Assembly (NCBI RefSeq): GCF_964204645.1 | Contig: NC_134026.1 | Span: forward strand, 15,038,150 to 15,102,149 | Source: Tubulanus polymorphus | Lineage: Eukaryota > Animalia > Nemertea | Length of the DNA: 64,000 nt | Direction: 5' to 3' | In this document: in pieces, positions 61,685 through 64,000 of the stretch | Layout: the number at the start of each line of letters is the position of its first letter | Position numbering within the stretch: the stretch's first letter is position 1 | Translations under genes and position numbers: made by a program | The notes under the pieces: generated by a model | Databases searched by the model: none | Seen by the model: the letters and a program-made list of their open reading frames with translations, nothing else | What the model was told of the DNA's origin: nothing

Positions 61685-63365
61685 TTCATCTTTAAACTTA
61701 CCAGGCTGCTTTTTATCATCATTGCTAAATAGTTCATGATCTTTTGGATAATTGCTAAAGTCAAAATGATGTTTTAATATTTCTAAGTCTTGTTATGTCA
61801 TTTGTCTTGATTTTTAGTATGTAAGCATCTCTATTTAAGAGGATTAATGGAAATCCACAGTTAAATGTTTCATCTTCAGTTGATAAATCATAAACATAAT
61901 CTGTTGGGTTATATATTTCAAATAAATTTCTAACTTCTTCAGTTAGTTCATTTTCTACATGCGTTAATTGAAATACATTTGGTTTATCCTTTCTAATATT
62001 AACCAACATATCAAATCCTAATGAACTGCATAGTATATTTTATCCTGATATAGCAACTTTCCCTTTTTGTATCAAAGATATAGTTTTCTGTTTTGTAAAT
62101 TTTTTAGTGCCATCTGCAGCATAGAATCCAATGAAGAACCATTTTCTTAAATTATCTTTTGCATTTAATACATAATCTGGTACTATCTTTTCTTTAGTTG
62201 AAGTATTACTTTTCACTATTGCATGAATATAGAATTCATCATTACATTTAATTGCAAAATCTTTAGTATTATTTACTTGTATATTATAAATTGCTGATGA
62301 TTTCATAAAATCTATGATTTTAAATGTTTTATTTGGGTAAACTTCTTCACAGTATTTCTTTATTCTTTCTAATAATTTCAAATCTTGATTACATAAATAC
62401 CAACAATATTGAGTTTTATTAACATGCTTATACACACCTGCTGAACCATAACCCATAAAAAGATCCTTAAATAAAATATTCTTTTTCTTCCAATGTTTCT
62501 GGTTCTATATTACAAATATTATCAATGATTTCATCAAATGACATAGGGTTTATTCTTGGATAAAATCTTTTATGTAATAATTCATCCCCAATTTTTATAT
62601 TAGTTGGTTTAATTTCATCACCATTTCGTTTAATTAAGCTATGATCTTCTGTAACATCTACAAACCCTAATTTAGTTCTAACTCTACAGATTTTCTTATT
62701 TGTTTTATGCCTAATTATATTCTTTACTTTTTTCCATCCATTTCTTGTCCAATCATCCATTAATCCATTTATTTGTATTAATTCTTTTTCACCATATGAA
62801 ATATAGAGTTCATTTTGTTTTGGAATTATTTCTGAAATTCTTCTTATTAATATTTGGTTATTGTATTTTAATAATATTGGGGTATCAGCTGTTACAGAAT
62901 CAAAATATAATATTTCAATATGCTTTTCCCCGAAAAGTGGTTGTAAAACATTATAATAAAAATCATACATTAATAATTTTGATATTTCTAAAACAGTTGA
63001 ACCAATGAATATAGGTTTATTAAATTTCATTGACGTTCTTTTTAATTTTACCGCGGTTAAATAATCTTCAAATCTTTTATTTCCTAAATGTCTAGGACTT
63101 GATTGTCTTAATCGTTCAGAATCATTTACTAATTCAATATCATTTCTATTTCTAATATTTTCACATGTTTTTCCATAAAAACTATTATTCATTAATTTGA
63201 AGAAATCTTTTTCAAAATCTGTTTTAGATATGGTTCTCTGTTGATTTTTAAAATCTATATTTTTCTAACCACTTCGATTGATTAAATTCCATATATCTAT
63301 GTACTTTCTTTAATTTCATTCCTTGTTTTAGATAAAATTTTAACATTCTATAATGACCAATATAA
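61685..63365 (-). pseudogene. Protein-primed PolB (Polinton/adintovirus type), central part with intein
   Basis: HYRMLKFYLKQGMKLKKVHR..EFNQSKWL; DFEKDFFKLMNNSFYGKT.EN (motif B); KPIFIG..VLEISKLLMYDFYY; ILYFD; FDFSNYPKDH..PGKFKDE. Confidence 0.92.
61833..62898 (-). other. Intein (~355 aa) with LAGLIDADG homing endonuclease in PolB motif C, decayed
   Basis: Block A SVTADTPILL right after YFD; block B VDVTEDHSL; LAGLIDADG-like G.FMG(Y)GS and FIGFYAADG; block F/G YVYDLST....FNCG..LILLN; two stops and one frameshift. Confidence 0.9.
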
Positions 63366-63416
63366 TTAGGGTTTTCTGTTACATCACAGAAAACCCTATT
63401 GAGATTCGCGTGTTTC

Positions 63417-63451
<35 letters not shown>

Positions 63452-64000
63452 TTTTACCACACATTTTTTGTCAAAAGTACATAGGCTTTTTTACATTACC
63501 GCTGTTGCCGATACAATCCGTCTAATATCATTAAGCTCAGTACGATCTACAAATACTCCGTGCGAATTTTGAAGAATCAACGTTACAAAAGCACTGTCGG
63601 GCCGTAAACATCGAAAATTGAGCCCCATTCAAAGAGCCGACATGTTTTTCTAAGTCGTCTTGCCGAAATCTACCGCACGTTTCTTGTCACATCGATTATC
63701 AATTCAAGCATAAATTAACAAATTTATTACCGAAAGATTGCACATTCTGTCGCGGTTTTTAAAAACTAATTTTAACAGTAACCCATTTTCCTCATCAAAT
63801 TATATTACTGATACACAGGAAATATACTACTTTAGATTTTAAAAGCACTGTCGAGCCGTAAACATCGACAAATCGACGTGTGTCACTACATCGTCGTTCC
63901 GGGAATCAGCTGCGAGTTTCTCCTCATTCTGAGAATCAAATCGAGTACAAATTAATTTATTACTACCAGTGATTTGGCTGCGGGCGTCAAGCAGTTAATT
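63366..64000 (+). mobile_element. Another Helentron-like copy cutting PolB; runs off the window
   Basis: ttagggttttctg...cagaaaaccctattg then (ATT)n; 63484-63635 homologous to 53050-53200. Confidence 0.7.

Noticed and set aside
63248-63460. 70-aa ORF with poly-Asn N-terminus as the PolB start
   Set aside because: Chimera: the N-terminal half comes from the inserted repeat and only YIGHYR onward is PolB

Overview
Repeat-dense animal (probably invertebrate) genomic DNA. I could not support any host gene; the window is nested mobile elements. 1-21 kb: a decayed BEL/Pao retrotransposon (minus) interrupted by a 1.36-kb Polinton-type mini-element and a CACT-TIR element, then a CR1/L2-type LINE split by a 5.4-kb Helentron-like repeat. 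About 27-63.4 kb: a decayed Polinton/Maverick (adintovirus-like) element on the minus strand. Its protein-primed PolB is split by a 15.7-kb Helentron-like insertion that itself holds a MULE/hAT-like transposon and an AcademH core. The same PolB carries a LAGLIDADG-type intein at the YxD|TDS motif, resembling giant-virus PolB inteins. Inserted into one gene of this Polinton, with a perfect 6-bp TSD, is an 11.6-kb fold-back element (30400-42033). Its mirrored arms encode a Zn finger, HNH nuclease, rve integrase and packaging ATPase, but no polymerase or capsid; it has 404-bp terminal hairpins, a 54-bp tandem array and a loopless AT-rich central axis. The intein and the hairpin-ended element family are the best candidates for new biology. 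All family calls come from motif recognition by eye; no searches were run.
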